From contig NC_086098.1 in the NCBI RefSeq assembly GCF_963921235.1, positions 124,001 through 188,000 of the forward strand: a stretch of DNA of 64,000 bases, written 5' to 3'. Every line of letters starts with the position of its first letter. Position 1 is the first letter of the stretch. This document shows positions 48,040 through 61,019 of the stretch, one piece after another. The notes beneath the pieces are model-generated. The model was not told the DNA's origin, did not search any database, and saw only the letters and a program-made list of their open reading frames with translations. Source of the DNA: Mobula hypostoma (lineage: Eukaryota). The translations under genes and the position numbers were made by a program.

Positions 48040-51000
48040 AGTCAAATCAAGTCAAGTCACTTTTTATTGTCATTTCAACTATAGCTGCTGGTACAGAATA
48101 TAGTAAAAATGAGACAAGGTTTTCCAGGACCATGGTGCTACATGAAACAATATAAAAACTACACTGAACTATGTAAGAAAAAACACAAAATCTACACTAG
48201 ACTACAGACCTATCCAGGACTGCATAAAGTGCACAAAACAGTGCAGGCACTACAATAAATAATAATAAATAATAAACAAGACAGTAGGCACAGTAGAGGG
48301 TAGTAGGTTGGTGTCAAGCCAGGTTCTGGGTATTGAGCAGTCTGATGGCTTGGGGGAAGAAACTGTTACATAGTCTGGTCGTGAGAGCCCGAATGCTTCG
48401 GTGCCTTTTCCAGATGGCAGGAGGGAGAAGTGTATATATGAAGGATGCATGGGGTCCTTCATAATGCTGTTTGCTTTACGGATGCAGCAGGCGGTGTAAA
48501 TGTCTCTAATGGCGGGAAGAGAGACCTCGATGATCTTCTCAGCTGACCTCACCATCCGCTGCAGGGTCTTGTGATCCGAGATGGTACAATTTCCGAACTA
48601 GGCCGTGATGCAGCTGCTCAGGATGCTCTCAATACAACCTCCGTAGAATGTGGTGAGGGTGGGGGCTGGGAGATGGACTTTTCTCAGCCTTCGCAGAAAG
48701 TAGAGACGCTGCTGGTCTTTCTTTGCTATGGAGCTGGTGTTGAAGGACCAGGTGAGATTCTCCGCCAAGTGAACACCAAGAAATTTGGTGCTGTTAACGA
48801 TCTCTATGGAGGAGTCATTAATGTTCAGTGGAGAGTGGTCGCTCCGTGTCCTCAAAAGTCAACAACCATCTCTTTGGTTTTGTTTACATTCAGAGACAGG
48901 TTGTCAGCTCTGCACCAGTCCGTTAGCCGCTGCACCTCCTCTCTGTATACTGACTCATCATTCTTGCTGATGAGACCCACCACGATCGTGTCATCAGCGA
49001 ACTTGATGATGTGGTTCGAGCTGTGTGTTGCAGCACAGTTGTGGGTCAGCAGAGTAAACAGCAGTGGACTGAGCACACAGCCCTGGGGGGCCCCCCGTGC
49101 TCAGTGTGATGGTGTTGGAGATGTCGCTCCTGATCCGGACTGACTGAGGTCTCCCAGTCAGGAAGGCTAGGATCCAGTTGCAGAGGAAGAAGGAAGTCTG
49201 AGAATCGGAGCAGGAGTGCGGCGGAAGCCATTTTGATTTTTTCTTTTTCTCATCGCAGTGAAGAGAGGTGGGACTGCGCAGGCGTGTGACGTCGGGCAGT
49301 GAAGTGCGGAAGATTTAAAAGGAACACAGCCTTATACAGCGGGCAGTGTCGTTTTGCGGGCTGCGGAGTGAACCGGGAGCAGAGTGAAGGCTTAAGGGCT
49401 TTGACTCAATGGGCTTAGGAGGAAACAGGCGAGGCAAAGGAGGTTTGGTTTTTGATTTTCCCTGTTATTTGAGGAAAGGGGGAAGAAGGAGTGTGAGGGC
49501 AGCTTGCTGTTCTCGGTGTCGGATGAGGGAGGTCCTGGAGTTTCCTAGTCTCCCAATCATCCACATCTGTGCCAGGTGCGCCGAGCTATATCTCCTAAAG
49601 GACCACGTTAGGGAACTGGAACTGCAGCTCGATGACCTTCATCTGGTCAGGGAGAGTGAGGAGTTGATAGAGAGGAGTTACAGGCAGGTAGTCACAACTG
49701 GGGCCACGGGAGGCAGACAAGTGGGTCACGGTTAGGAGGGGGAAGGGGACCTCTTTTGGCACAGGTGTGACCTGTACAAAAAGGATGGGTTGCACTTGAA
49801 TCCCAGGGGGATCAATATCCTGGCAGGGAGATTTGTGAAGGCTACTGGGGAGACTTTAAACTAGAATGGTTGGGGGGTGGGAATCAAATTGAAGGGACTA
49901 GGAGAGAGGAGGTTAGTTCACAAATAGAGACAGCTAGTAGACAGTGTGTGAGGGAGGGTAGGCAGGGGACAGAGATCAGGAGCACTCAGACTGAAGATGT
50001 AGGGGAGAAGGAAGAAAAAGAGAACAAAGTTGTTTGCACCATTAGGGATAAACAGAGAGTAAGAGGTGAAGAGTTTCTTAAATGCATCTATTTTAATGCT
50101 AGGAGCATTGTAAGAAAGGTGGATGAGCTTAGAGCATGGATTGATACCTGGAAATATGATGTTGTAACTATTAGTGAAACATGGTTGCAGGAAGGGTATG
50201 ATTGGCAACTAAATATTCCTGGATTTCGTTGCTTCAGGTGTGATAGAATCGGAGGGGCAAGAGGGGGAGGTGTTGCATTGCTTGTCAGAGAAAATATTAC
50301 AGCAGTGCTTTGGCAGGATAGATTAGAAGACTCATCTAGGGAGGCTATTTAGGTGGAATTGAGGAATGGGAAAGGTGTAGTAATGCTTATAGAGGTGTAT
50401 TATAGACCACCCAATGGGAACGAGAATTGGAGGAGCAAATTTGTAAGGAGATAGCAGATATTTGTAATAAGCACAAGGGTGTGATTGTGGGAGATTTTAA
50501 TTTTCCACAGATCGACTGGGAAACCAATTCTGTAAAAGGGCTGGATGGTTTGGAGTTTGTAAAATGTGTGCAGGATAGTTTTTTGCAGCAATACATAGAG
50601 GTACCAACTAGAGAAGGGGCAGTGTTGGATCTCCTGTTAGGGAATGAGATAGGTCAGGTGATAGAGGTATGTGCTGGGGAGCACTTCGGGTCTAGTGATC
50701 ACAATGCCATTAGTTTCAATATAATTATGGAGAAGGATAGGACTGGACCCAGGGTTGAGATTTTTGTTTGGAGAAAGGCTAACTTTGAGGAGATGCGAAA
50801 GGATTTAGAAGGAGCAGATTGGGACAATTTGTTTTATGGGAAGGATGTAATAGAGAAATGGAGATCATTTAAAGGTGAAATTTTGAGGGTACAGGATCTT
50901 TATGTTCCTGTTGGCTTGAAAGGAAAGGTTAAAAGTTTGAGAGATTTGAGGTTTTCAAGGGATATTGGAAACTTGGTTCGGAAAAAGAGAGAGATCTACA

Positions 51001-54000
51001 ATAAATATAGGCAGCTTGGAGTAAATGAGGTGCTGGAGGAATATAAAGAATGTAAAAAAGAATCTTAAGAAAGAAATTAGAAAAGCTAAAAGAAGATATA
51101 AGGTTGCTTTGGCAAGTAAGGTGAAAATAAATCTAAAGGTTTTCTACTGTTATGTTAATAGCAAAAGGATAGTGAGGGATAAAATTGGTCTCTTAGAGAA
51201 TCAGAGTGGACGGCTATGTGCGGAGCCAAAAGAGATAGGGGAGATTTTGAACAATTTCTTTTTTTCGGTATTCACTAAGGAGAAGGATATTGAATTGTGT
51301 GAGGTAAGGAAAACAAGTGGGGTAGTTATGGACGATTAAAGAAGAGGAAGTACTGGCGCTTTTAAGGAATATAAAAGTGTATAAGTCTCCAGGTCCTGAC
51401 AGGATATTCCCTAGGACCTTGAGGGAAGTTAGTGTGGAAATAGCAGGGGCTCTGATGGAAATATTTCAAATGTCATTAGAGACGGGGATGGTGCCGGAGG
51501 GTTGGCGTATTGCTCATGTTGTTCCATTGTTTAAAAAGGGTTCTAAGAGTAAACCTACCAATTATCGGCCTGTGCGTTTGACGTCAGTGGTGGGTAAATT
51601 GATGGAAAATATTCTTAGAGATGGTATATATAATAAATTGGATAGACAGGGTCTGATTAGGAACAGTCAACATGGATTTGTACATGGAAGGTCATGTTTG
51701 ACAAATCTTTTTGAATTTTTTGAAGAGGTTACCAGGAAAGTTCACGAGGGTAAAGTGGTGGATGTTGCCTATGTGGAGTTCAGTAAGGCCTTTGACAAGG
51801 TTCCACACGGAAGGTTAGTTAGGAAGGTTCAATCATTAGGTATTTAAAATGGATTCAGCAGTGGCTGGATGGGAGACGCCAGAGAGTATTGGTGGATAAC
51901 TGTTTGTCAGATTGGAGGCTGGTGTCTAGTGGTGTGCCTCAGGGATCTGTACTGGGTCCAATATTGTTTGTCATATATATTAATGATCTGGATGATGGGG
52001 TGGTAAATTGGATTAGTAAGTATGCAGATGATACTAAGATAGGTGGAGTTGTGGGTAATGAAGTAGGTTTTCAAAGCGTGCAAAGAGATTTAGGCCAGTT
52101 AGAAGAGTGGGCTGAAAGATGGCAGAATGGAGTTTAATGCTGATAAATGTGAGGTGCTACATTTTGGTAGGACTAATCAAAATAGGACATACATGGTAAA
52201 TGGTAGGGCATTGAAGAAAGCAGTAGAACAGAGGGATCTAGGAATAATGGTGCATAGTTCCCTGAAGGTGGAATCTCAGGTGGATAGGGTGGTGAAGAAA
52301 GTTTTTGGCATGCTGGCCTTTATAAGTCAGAGCATTGAGTACAGGAGTTGGGATGTAATGTTGAAATTGTACAAGGCATTAGTAAGGCCAAATTTGGAGT
52401 ATTGTGTACAGTTCTGGTTACCAAATTATAGGAAAGATGTCAACAAAATAGAGAGAGTACAGAGAAGATTTACCAGAATATTACCTGTGTTTCATCTCCT
52501 AAGTTACAAAGAAAGGTTGAACAAGTTAGGTCTTTATTCTTTGGAACGTAGAAGGTTGAAGGGGGAGTTGATAGAGGTATTTAAAATTATGAGTGGGATA
52601 GATAGAGTTGACATGGATTGGCTTTTTCCATTGAGGGTGGGGGAGATTCAAACAAGAAGACGTGAGTTGAGAGTTAAAGGGCAAAGTTTAGGGGTAACAT
52701 GAAGGGGAACTTCTTTACTCAGAGAGTGGTAGCTGTGTGGAACGAGCTTCCAGCAGAAGTCGTTGAGGCAGGTTCGATGTTGTAATTTAAAGTTATATTG
52801 GATAGCTATATGGACAGGAAAGGAATGGAGGGTTATGGGCTGAGTGCAGGTCAGACTAGGTGAGAGTAAGAGTTTGGCACGGACTAGAAGGGCCGAGATG
52901 GCCTGTTTCCGTGCTGTAATTGTTATATGGTTATATGGTTACAGGGAGGTGTTCAGGCCCAGTAGGCTCAGCTTTCCAATCAGTTTCTGTGGAATGATTG
53001 TGTTGAATGCTGAACTGAATTCTATGAACAGCATTCGAACGTACGTGTCTTTTTTGTCCAGGTGGGTTAATGTCAGGTGCAGGGTGATGGCAATGGCATC
53101 TTCTGTTGAATGGTTGGGACGGTACACGAACTGCAGACGGTCCAGTGAGGGGGGCAGCAGGGACTTGATGTGCCTCATGCTAAGCCTCTTGAAACACTTC
53201 ATGATGATGGATGTGAGTGCAACGGGACGGTAATCATTGAGGTAGGACACTGAAGACTTCTTTGGCACGCGGACGATGGTGGCGGCCTTGAAGCACGTAG
53301 GAACGATGGTGCTGCTCAGGGAGGTGTTGAAGATGTCAGTGAGAATATCCACTAGCTGCTCTGCACATCCTCTAAGCACTCTGCCAGGAACATTGTCTGG
53401 TCCAGCAGCCTTCCATGGGTTGACCCTGCGAAGGGTTCTCCTCACATTGACCACGGTAAGACATAGCACCTGGTCACTTGGAGGAGGGGTGGTCTTCCTC
53501 GCTGCCACGTCATTGTCTGCCTCAAACTGAGCGTAGAATTTATTCAGCGCATCTGGGAGGGAGCCATCACCCGCACAGGCAGGTGATGTTGTCCTGTAGT
53601 TGGTGATGTCCTGAATGCTCTTCCACATGCGCTGCGTGTCTCTGCTGTCCTGGAAGTGGCTGTGGATTCGCTGGGCATGTCCACGCTTTGCCTCTCTGAT
53701 GGCCCGGGACAGTTTGGCCCTCACTGTTGTTAGGGCTGCCTTGTCGCCTGCTCTGAAGGTGGGGTCACGGGTCCTCAGCAGCGCACGCACCTTCGCGGTC
53801 AGCCATGGCTTCTGGTTAGCTCGTGTAGTGATGGTCTTGGACACAGTGACGTCATCGATGCACTTGCTGATGTAGCTAGTCACTGATGCCGTGTACTCCT
53901 CTAAGTTGGTAGAGTCGCCATCGGTTCAGCCTCCCTGAACATGTGCCAGTCAGTGTGCTCAAAGCAGTCTTGGAGAGCAGAAATGGCTCCTGCTGGCCAG

Positions 54001-54255
54001 GTTTTCACCTGCTTCTGAACCGGTCTGGAGCGCCTGACGAGCGGTGTGTATGCTGGGATTAGCATAACAGAGATGTGGTCTGAGTAACCGAGGTGGGGGT
54101 GGGGCTCCGCCTGGTGTGTGTTGGCAATGTTTGTGTAAACAAGGTCCAACGTGTTCTCTCCCTCGTTGCAAAGTCCACGTTCTGATAGAATCTGGGGGGC
54201 ACTGACTTAAGGTTTGCATGATTAAAATCTCCGGCGACAATAAACAGTTGAGTCT
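48040..54255 (-). mobile_element. Rex1/Babar LINE (EN remnant, RT, 3' UTR) split by CR1 49187-52940
   Basis: [13 protein letters not shown] and [10 protein letters not shown] (52939-53883), then LNTSL|CNWI joined across the CR1, KFADDT, KFLGV and a (GACTT)n tail at ~48040. Confidence 0.9.
49187..52940 (+). mobile_element. CR1 with 5' UTR, internally deleted ORF1 and frameshifted ORF2
   Basis: GC-rich 5' end, CSRC..HICARC, YFNARS, VGDFN, KYADD and a TTATATGG tail. Confidence 0.95.
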
Positions 54256-54259
54256 GTGG

Positions 54260-57200
54260 TAAAGAAGGCAAATGCCATGTTGGCATTTATTTCAAGGGAA
54301 ATAGAAAATAATAGCAAGGAGATAATGCTGAGGTTTTATAAGACACTGGTCAGGCTACACTTGGAGTATTGTCGACAGTTTTGGGCTCCATATCTCAGAA
54401 AGGATAACCATATAATAAACATATAACAATTAGTACGGAAACAGGCCATCTTGGCCCTCCTAGTCCTAGCCGAACTCTTACTCTCACCTAGTCCCACTGA
54501 CCTGCACTCGGCCCATAACCCTCCATTCCTTTCCCGTCCATATAGCTGTACAGTTTAACTTTAAATGACAACATCGAACCTGCCTCAACCACTTCTGCTG
54601 GAAGCTTGTTCCACACAGCTACCACTCTTTGAGTAAAGAAGTTCCTCCTCATGTTACTCCTAAACTTTTGCCCGCTTACTCTCAACTCATGTCCTCTTGT
54701 TTGAATCTCCCCCACTCTCAATGGAAAAAGCCAATCCACGTCAACTCTATCTATCAATCTCATAATTTTAAATACCTCTATCAAGTCCCCTCTCAACCTT
54801 CTACGTTCCAAAGAATAAAGACTCAACTTGTTCAACCTTTCTCTGTAACTTAGGTGCTGAAATCCAGGTGTCATTCTAGTAAATCTTCTCTGTACTCTCT
54901 CAATTTTGTTGACATCTTTCCTATAATTTGATGACCAAAACTGTACACAATACTCCAAATTTGGCCTTACCAATGCCTTGTGCAATTTCAACATTACATC
55001 CCAACTCCTATACTCAATGCTCTGATTTATAAAGGCATGCATACCAAAAGCTTTCTTCACCACCCTATCCACATGAGATTCCACCTTCAGGGAACTATGC
55101 ACCATTATTCCTAGATCCCTCTGTTCTACAGCATTCTCCAATGCCCGACCATTTACCATGTATGTCCTATTTTGATTAGTCCTACCAAAATGTAGCACCT
55201 CACATTTATCAGCATTAAATTCCATCTGCCATCTTTCAGCCCACTCTTCTAACTGGCCTAAATCTCTCTGCAAGCTTTGAAAACCTACTTCATTATCCAC
55301 AATTCCACCTATCTTAGTATCATCTGCATACTTACTATTCCAATTTACCACCCCATCATCCAGATCATTAATATATATGACAAACAACTTTGGACCCAGT
55401 ACAGATCCCTGAGGGACACCACTACTCACCAGCCTCCAATCTGACAAACTGTTATCCACCACTACTCTCTGGCGTCTCCCATCCAGCCACTGCTGAATCT
55501 ATTTTACTACAATATTAGTACCTAATGGTTGAACCTTCCTAACTAACCTTCCATGTGGAACCTTGTCAAAGGCATTACTGAAGTCAATATAGACAACATC
55601 CACTGCTTTACCCTCGTCAACTTTCCCAGTACCCTCTTCAAAAAATTCAATAAGATTTGTCAAATATGACCTTCCACGCACAAATCCATGTTACTGTTTC
55701 TAATCAGACCCTATCTATCCAGATAATTATATATACCATCTCTAAGGATACTTCCATCAACTTACCCACCACTGACGTCAAACTCACAGGTGATAATTGC
55801 TAGGTTTACTCTTAGAACCCTTTTTAAACAATGGAACAACATGAGCAATACGTCAATCCTCCGGCACCATCCCCGTTTCTAATGACATTTGAAATATTTC
55901 TGTCAGAGCCCCTGCTATTTCCACACTAATTTCCCTCAAGGTCCTAGGGACTATCCTGTCAGGACTCGGAGACTTATCCACTTTTATATTCCTTAAAAGC
56001 GCCAGTACTTCCTCTTTTTTAAACATCATAGTTTCCATAACTTCCCTACTTGTTTCCCTTACCTTACACAATTCAATATCCTTCTCCTTAGTGAATACTG
56101 AAGAAAAGAAATTGTTCAAAATCTCCCCCATCTCTTTTGGTTCCACATTTAGCTGTCCACTCCGATTCTCTAAGGGACCAATTTTATCCCTCTCTATCCT
56201 TTTGCTATTAATATAACTGTAGAATCCCTTTGGATTTATTTTCACCTTATTTGCCAAAGCAACCTCGTATCATCTTTTAGCTTTTCTAATTTCTTTCTTA
56301 AGATTCTTTTTACATTCTTTATATTCCTTGAGCACCTCATTTACTCCATGCTGCCTATTTTTATTGTAGTTATCTTTCTTTTTCCAAACTAAGTATCCAA
56401 TATCCCTTGAAAACCATGGCTCTCTCAAACTTTTAACCTTTCCTTTCAACCTAACAGGAACATAACGATTCTGTACTCTCAAAAGTTCACCTTTAAATGA
56501 CCTCCATTTCTCCGTTACATCCTTCCCATAAAACAGATTGTCCCAATCCACTCCTTCTAAATCCTTTCGCATCTCCTCAAAGTTAGCCTTTCTCCAATCA
56601 AAAATCTCAACCCTGGGTCTAGACCTATTCTTCTCCATAATTATGATGAAACTAATAGCATTGTGATCACTGGACCCGAAGTGCTCCCCAACACAAACCT
56701 CCGTCACCTGACCTATCTCATTCCCTAACAGGAGATCCAACACTGCCCCTTCTTTAGTTGGTACCTCTATGTACTGCTGCAAAAAACTATCCTGCACACA
56801 TTTTACAAACGCCAAACCATCCAGCCCTTTTACAGTATGGGCTTCTCAGTCTATGTGTGGAAAATTAAAATCTCTCACAATCACAACCTTGTGCTTACTA
56901 CAAATATCTGCTATCTCCTTACAAATTTATGTTGTCAGATGTGTTGTCATTGGAGAGAGTCCAGAGGAGGTTCATGAGGATAATTCCGGGAATGAAGGGG
57001 TTAACTTATGAGGAGCATTGGGCAGCTTTGGGCCTGTACTCACTGGAATTTAGACGGGGGGATCTCATTGAAACCCACCAAATGTTGAAAGGACTAGATA
57101 GGGTGGATGTACAGGTGATGTTTCCTATGGTGGGGGTATCCAGGGCTAGAGGGCACAGTCTTAAAATTGAGGGGTGAGCTTTTAGAACAGAGGTAAAGAG

Positions 57201-57455
57201 GAATTTTTTTTTAGCCAAAGAGGTGGTGAATCTGTGGAATGATCTGCCATAGGCTACAGTGGAGGCCAAGTTTATAGGCATATTTAAGGCAGAAGTTGAT
57301 CATTTCCTGATTGGGTAGGGCATCAAAGGATATGGCAAGAAGTCAGGTATATGGGGTTGTGTGGGATCCGGGATTAGCCATGATGGAATGACGGAGCAGA
57401 CACGATGGGCTGTATGGCTTAAGTCTGCTCCTATGTCTTACGGTGTTATGCTCTT
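54260..57455 (+). mobile_element. CR1 3' fragment (54260-54403 and ~56940-57455) split by another CR1
   Basis: KKANAMLAFI...PYLRKD|VLSLERVQRRF. Confidence 0.8.
54404..56928 (-). mobile_element. CR1, 5'-truncated, same subfamily as 49187-52940
   Basis: 324-aa RT C-terminal ORF (KYADD) and SSDHN. Confidence 0.95.
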
Positions 57456-57459
57456 ATAG

Positions 57460-58335
57460 CCTCAATATCTCCTTCTGCAACTGGATCCTGGATTTCCTCA
57501 CTTGTAGACCCCAGTCAGTTCAAATTGGCAACAACATCCCCTCCATAGTCTCCATCAGCACAGGTGCACCACATGGTACTATAAAGATAAAAAAAGTCTA
57601 AAAACTACAAAAATAAATAAATATTGCAAATGAAAGGAGTAACGAGGTTGGTCCATGAATCCCTGAACACTTTCAGTAATCTGACAGTGTCAGATGAGTG
57701 TCGAGAAGCCTATGGTCATGCACTTTTGTAAAAGGAATTGAGACAGAATATTTCTAAATATGGAGAAAGTACCAACATCAGGGGTGCAAAAGGACTTGGG
57801 AGTCCTCATGCAGGTTGAGTTGGCGGTGAGGAAAGCAAATGTGATGTTAGCATTCATTTCAAGAAGACTAGGATATAAAAGCAAGGATAAAATACCGAAA
57901 GGCACATTGAGACCACATTGAGAGAATTGTAAGCACTGTTGGACCCCTTATCTCAGAAAAGATGTGCTAACATTTGGAGAGTCCAGAGGATGTTGACAAG
58001 AATGACGCTGGGAATGAAAGATTTAGCATATGAGGAGCGCTAGATGGCTCTGAGTCTATACTCGCTGGAGTTTAGAAGAATAAGCAAATACAGAAAAAAC
58101 CAAATAATAAATAAATAGATAAATAGATAATATAGAACATGAGTTATAGTGTCTTTGAAAGTGAGTTCATAGATTGTGGAATTAGTTTAGTCTTGTAGTG
58201 AGTGAAGTTATCCCCTTTGGTTCAGGAGCTTGATGGTTGAAAAGTAACTGTTCTTGAACCTGGTGGTGTGGGATCTAATGCTCTTGTATCTGCTTCCCGA
58301 TGGAGGCAGTGAGAAGAAAGCATGGCCTGGATGTA
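57460..58335. mobile_element. Old Rex1 and CR1 debris
   Basis: [10 protein letters not shown] (Rex1, +), KANVMLAFISR (CR1, +) and a Rex1-like 3' end (-). Confidence 0.6.
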
Positions 58336-59184
58336 ACTAACTATGGAGGCATTACAAAATATCTGTCTGAGAAATACAGAAATCATTGTTAACTTTGATC
58401 CGTTGATGTCATTTTGACTACGCAGATACCTGCTATTCAAGAGTTAAAAATATTATTGTGCTAAACTCAAATGTCATTCTTCCTTGTCACACTCTGTGCC
58501 TGGATGCAGTGAGTGTTACTGATGCCAACACTTTTAATCTACCACTGCTGTGTGAAAGGGCCACACTTCTACTGAAATGTATCAGCGAGACTTATTAATT
58601 TCATGCCAAGAGCTTGAGGCGTGAATGTAGAAAACGGTGTTTGATTTAGGATAATAGGAATCGGGCAGCTGAAGGGCATGGCATAAAGATCAGGAGCCCT
58701 GGGTCTCAAGAGGAGGAGCAGGTGCAGGCTTCAAGCAAGGCCTTTGAGCCCATGAGGCAACGAAAGCTTTAAACAATCTGCATCACCTTTTTTTTCTTCT
58801 TTTCTTCCTTGGCTTGTGGTTCTCACAGCTTAACAGCCTGCTGCTCCACAATGAGTGGTAAACAGTGAAGGCAAAATTAAAAAGGGAACTCCCTCGACAC
58901 ACAGAGACAAATTAGGGCAAACAAATTACACAGAGTCAACAATAAACACAGGAGCATCTGGGAACATATTCCTTGGCTATCAAGCATGGATACTGAATAC
59001 AGGCTGATGAGGCTTTATGAATTTCCAAAGAACTGCTCTTTCATGCCTCTGATTCATTTTAACTCTTATTTGTCTGAATATCTTTTGATTGCAAGAACAA
59101 TAACCTAGTTACCTTTTAGCTCGATATTAATTTTGTTTCTAATCCACTGCTCTTTAATATACAAATTGTGATACTTATTGGAGC

Positions 59185-60640
59185 ATAAGACCAAGAGATA
59201 TAGGAGCACAATTAGACCATTTGGCCCTTCGAGTTTGCCCCACCATTTCATCATGGCTAATTCAATTTTCCTCTCAGCCCCAATACCCTGCCTTCCCCTA
59301 TATCCTTTTATGCCCTAGCCAAACAAGAATCTATCAACCTCTGCTTTAAATATACACAAAGACACTGCCACCACACCTGCCTGTGGCAAAGAATTTCATA
59401 GATTCACCACTCATTGGATAAATTTCTCTTAAAAGGACACTCCTCTATTCTAAGGCTGTGTCCTCTGGTCATAGGAAATATTCTCTCCACATCCAATCTA
59501 TCAAGCACTTTTGCATTTAATGAGGTCAACAGTCCTTCTTCTGAATTCTCATGAATACAGGCCCAGAGTCATCTTCATATGACAAGCCATTCAGTCCTGG
59601 AATAATTTAGAGACATAGAAACATAGAAAACCTTCAGCAAAATACAGGCCCTTCGGCCCACAAAGTTGTGCCGAACATGTCCCTACCTTAGAAATTACTA
59701 GGATTACCTATAGCCCTCTATTTTTCTAAGCTCCATGTACCTATCCAAAAGTCTCTTGAAGGACCCTATCGTATCCGCCTCCACCACTGTTGCCGGCAGC
59801 CCTGTCCACGCACTCACCATTCCCTGTGTGAAAAACTTACCCCTGACATCTCCTCTGTACCAACTCCCCAGGACTTTAAACCTGTGCCCTCTTGTGGCAA
59901 CCATTTCAGCCCTGGGAAAAAGCCTTTGACTATCCATATGATCAATGCCTCTCATCATCTTATACACCTCTATCAGGTCACCTCTCATCCTCTGTCTCTC
60001 CAAAGAGAAAAGACCAAGTTCACTCAACCTATTCTCACAAGATATACTCCCCAATCCAGTCAATATCCTTGTAAATCTCCTCTGCAGTCTCTATAGTTTC
60101 CACATCCTTCTTGTAGTGAGGTGACCAGAACTGAGCACAGTATTCCAAGTGGGGTCTGACCAGGGTCCTATATAGCTTTTTAGTTGCTCTCTGCCAGCAG
60201 TTCCTTCCAATTAACTTTGGCCAACTCCTCTCATACCACTGTAATTTCCTTTACTCCACTGAAATACTTCTACATCAGACTTTACTTTCTTCCTGTCAAA
60301 TTTCAAGTTGAACACAATCATATTGTGATCACTAATTCCTTAGGGTTCTTTTACCTTAAGCTCCCTAATTGTCTCTGGTTCATTACATAACATCCAATCC
60401 AGTGTAGCTGATCCTCTAGTAGGCTCAACGACAAACTACTCTAAAAAACTATCTTTTAGGTATCACTTGTGGAAGAACTCCTTGATGGACTGGACTGTAT
60501 CCAACCTTTCTGTAGGTTTTTCCATTCTTAATGTTTCCATACCAGGTCATGATACAACCAGTTAGGATACTCTCCACTGTGTATCTATAGACATGCCAAA
60601 TCTATGCATACTTCTAAGAAAGTAGTTGCACTGTACTCTT
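59185..60640 (-). mobile_element. Cluster of CR1 fragments
   Basis: Two 3' ends with ELGLFSLERQRMRGD..., plus an EN C-terminal fragment. Confidence 0.8.
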
Positions 60641-60668
60641 TTGAAAGCACTACTATAGAATACCTTAC

Positions 60669-60878
60669 TGTAAAGTGCTGTTGAGTCATTGTTGATTCAT
60701 GGCAACCCTATGGATAGTGTAGTTGTCCATCGGGTTTTCGTGGCAAGATACAGAAGTAGATTTGCCAAGCCTTTCTTCCATGCATTGCTGCTGCCAGGTT
60801 GGGACCCAGTGGATTTGAACACAGGACCATCTCCTTCAAAGTCCAGTGCTGTTACCATTGCAGCACTGGCCACCCATT
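60669..60878 (-). mobile_element. tRNA-headed SINE with an RTE/BovB-like 3' tail
   Basis: B box GTTCAAATCC, tail GGCAAATCTACTTCTGTATCTTGCCACGAAAACCCGATGGAC...TCCATAGGGTTGCCATGAATCAACAATGACT, and approximate TSD TAGAATAC(C)TTAC. Confidence 0.68.
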
Positions 60879-61019
60879 TAGAATACTTACAGTGGCCAAT
60901 TCACCCATTACAAATGTTGAAAATTCTCTTAGATATAATTTAATTAAATTCAGATTCTTAAACTGTCACAATAGTATTCTTGCTTGTCTTGTCTGGTTTA
61001 CAAAACTTATAACCTTACC

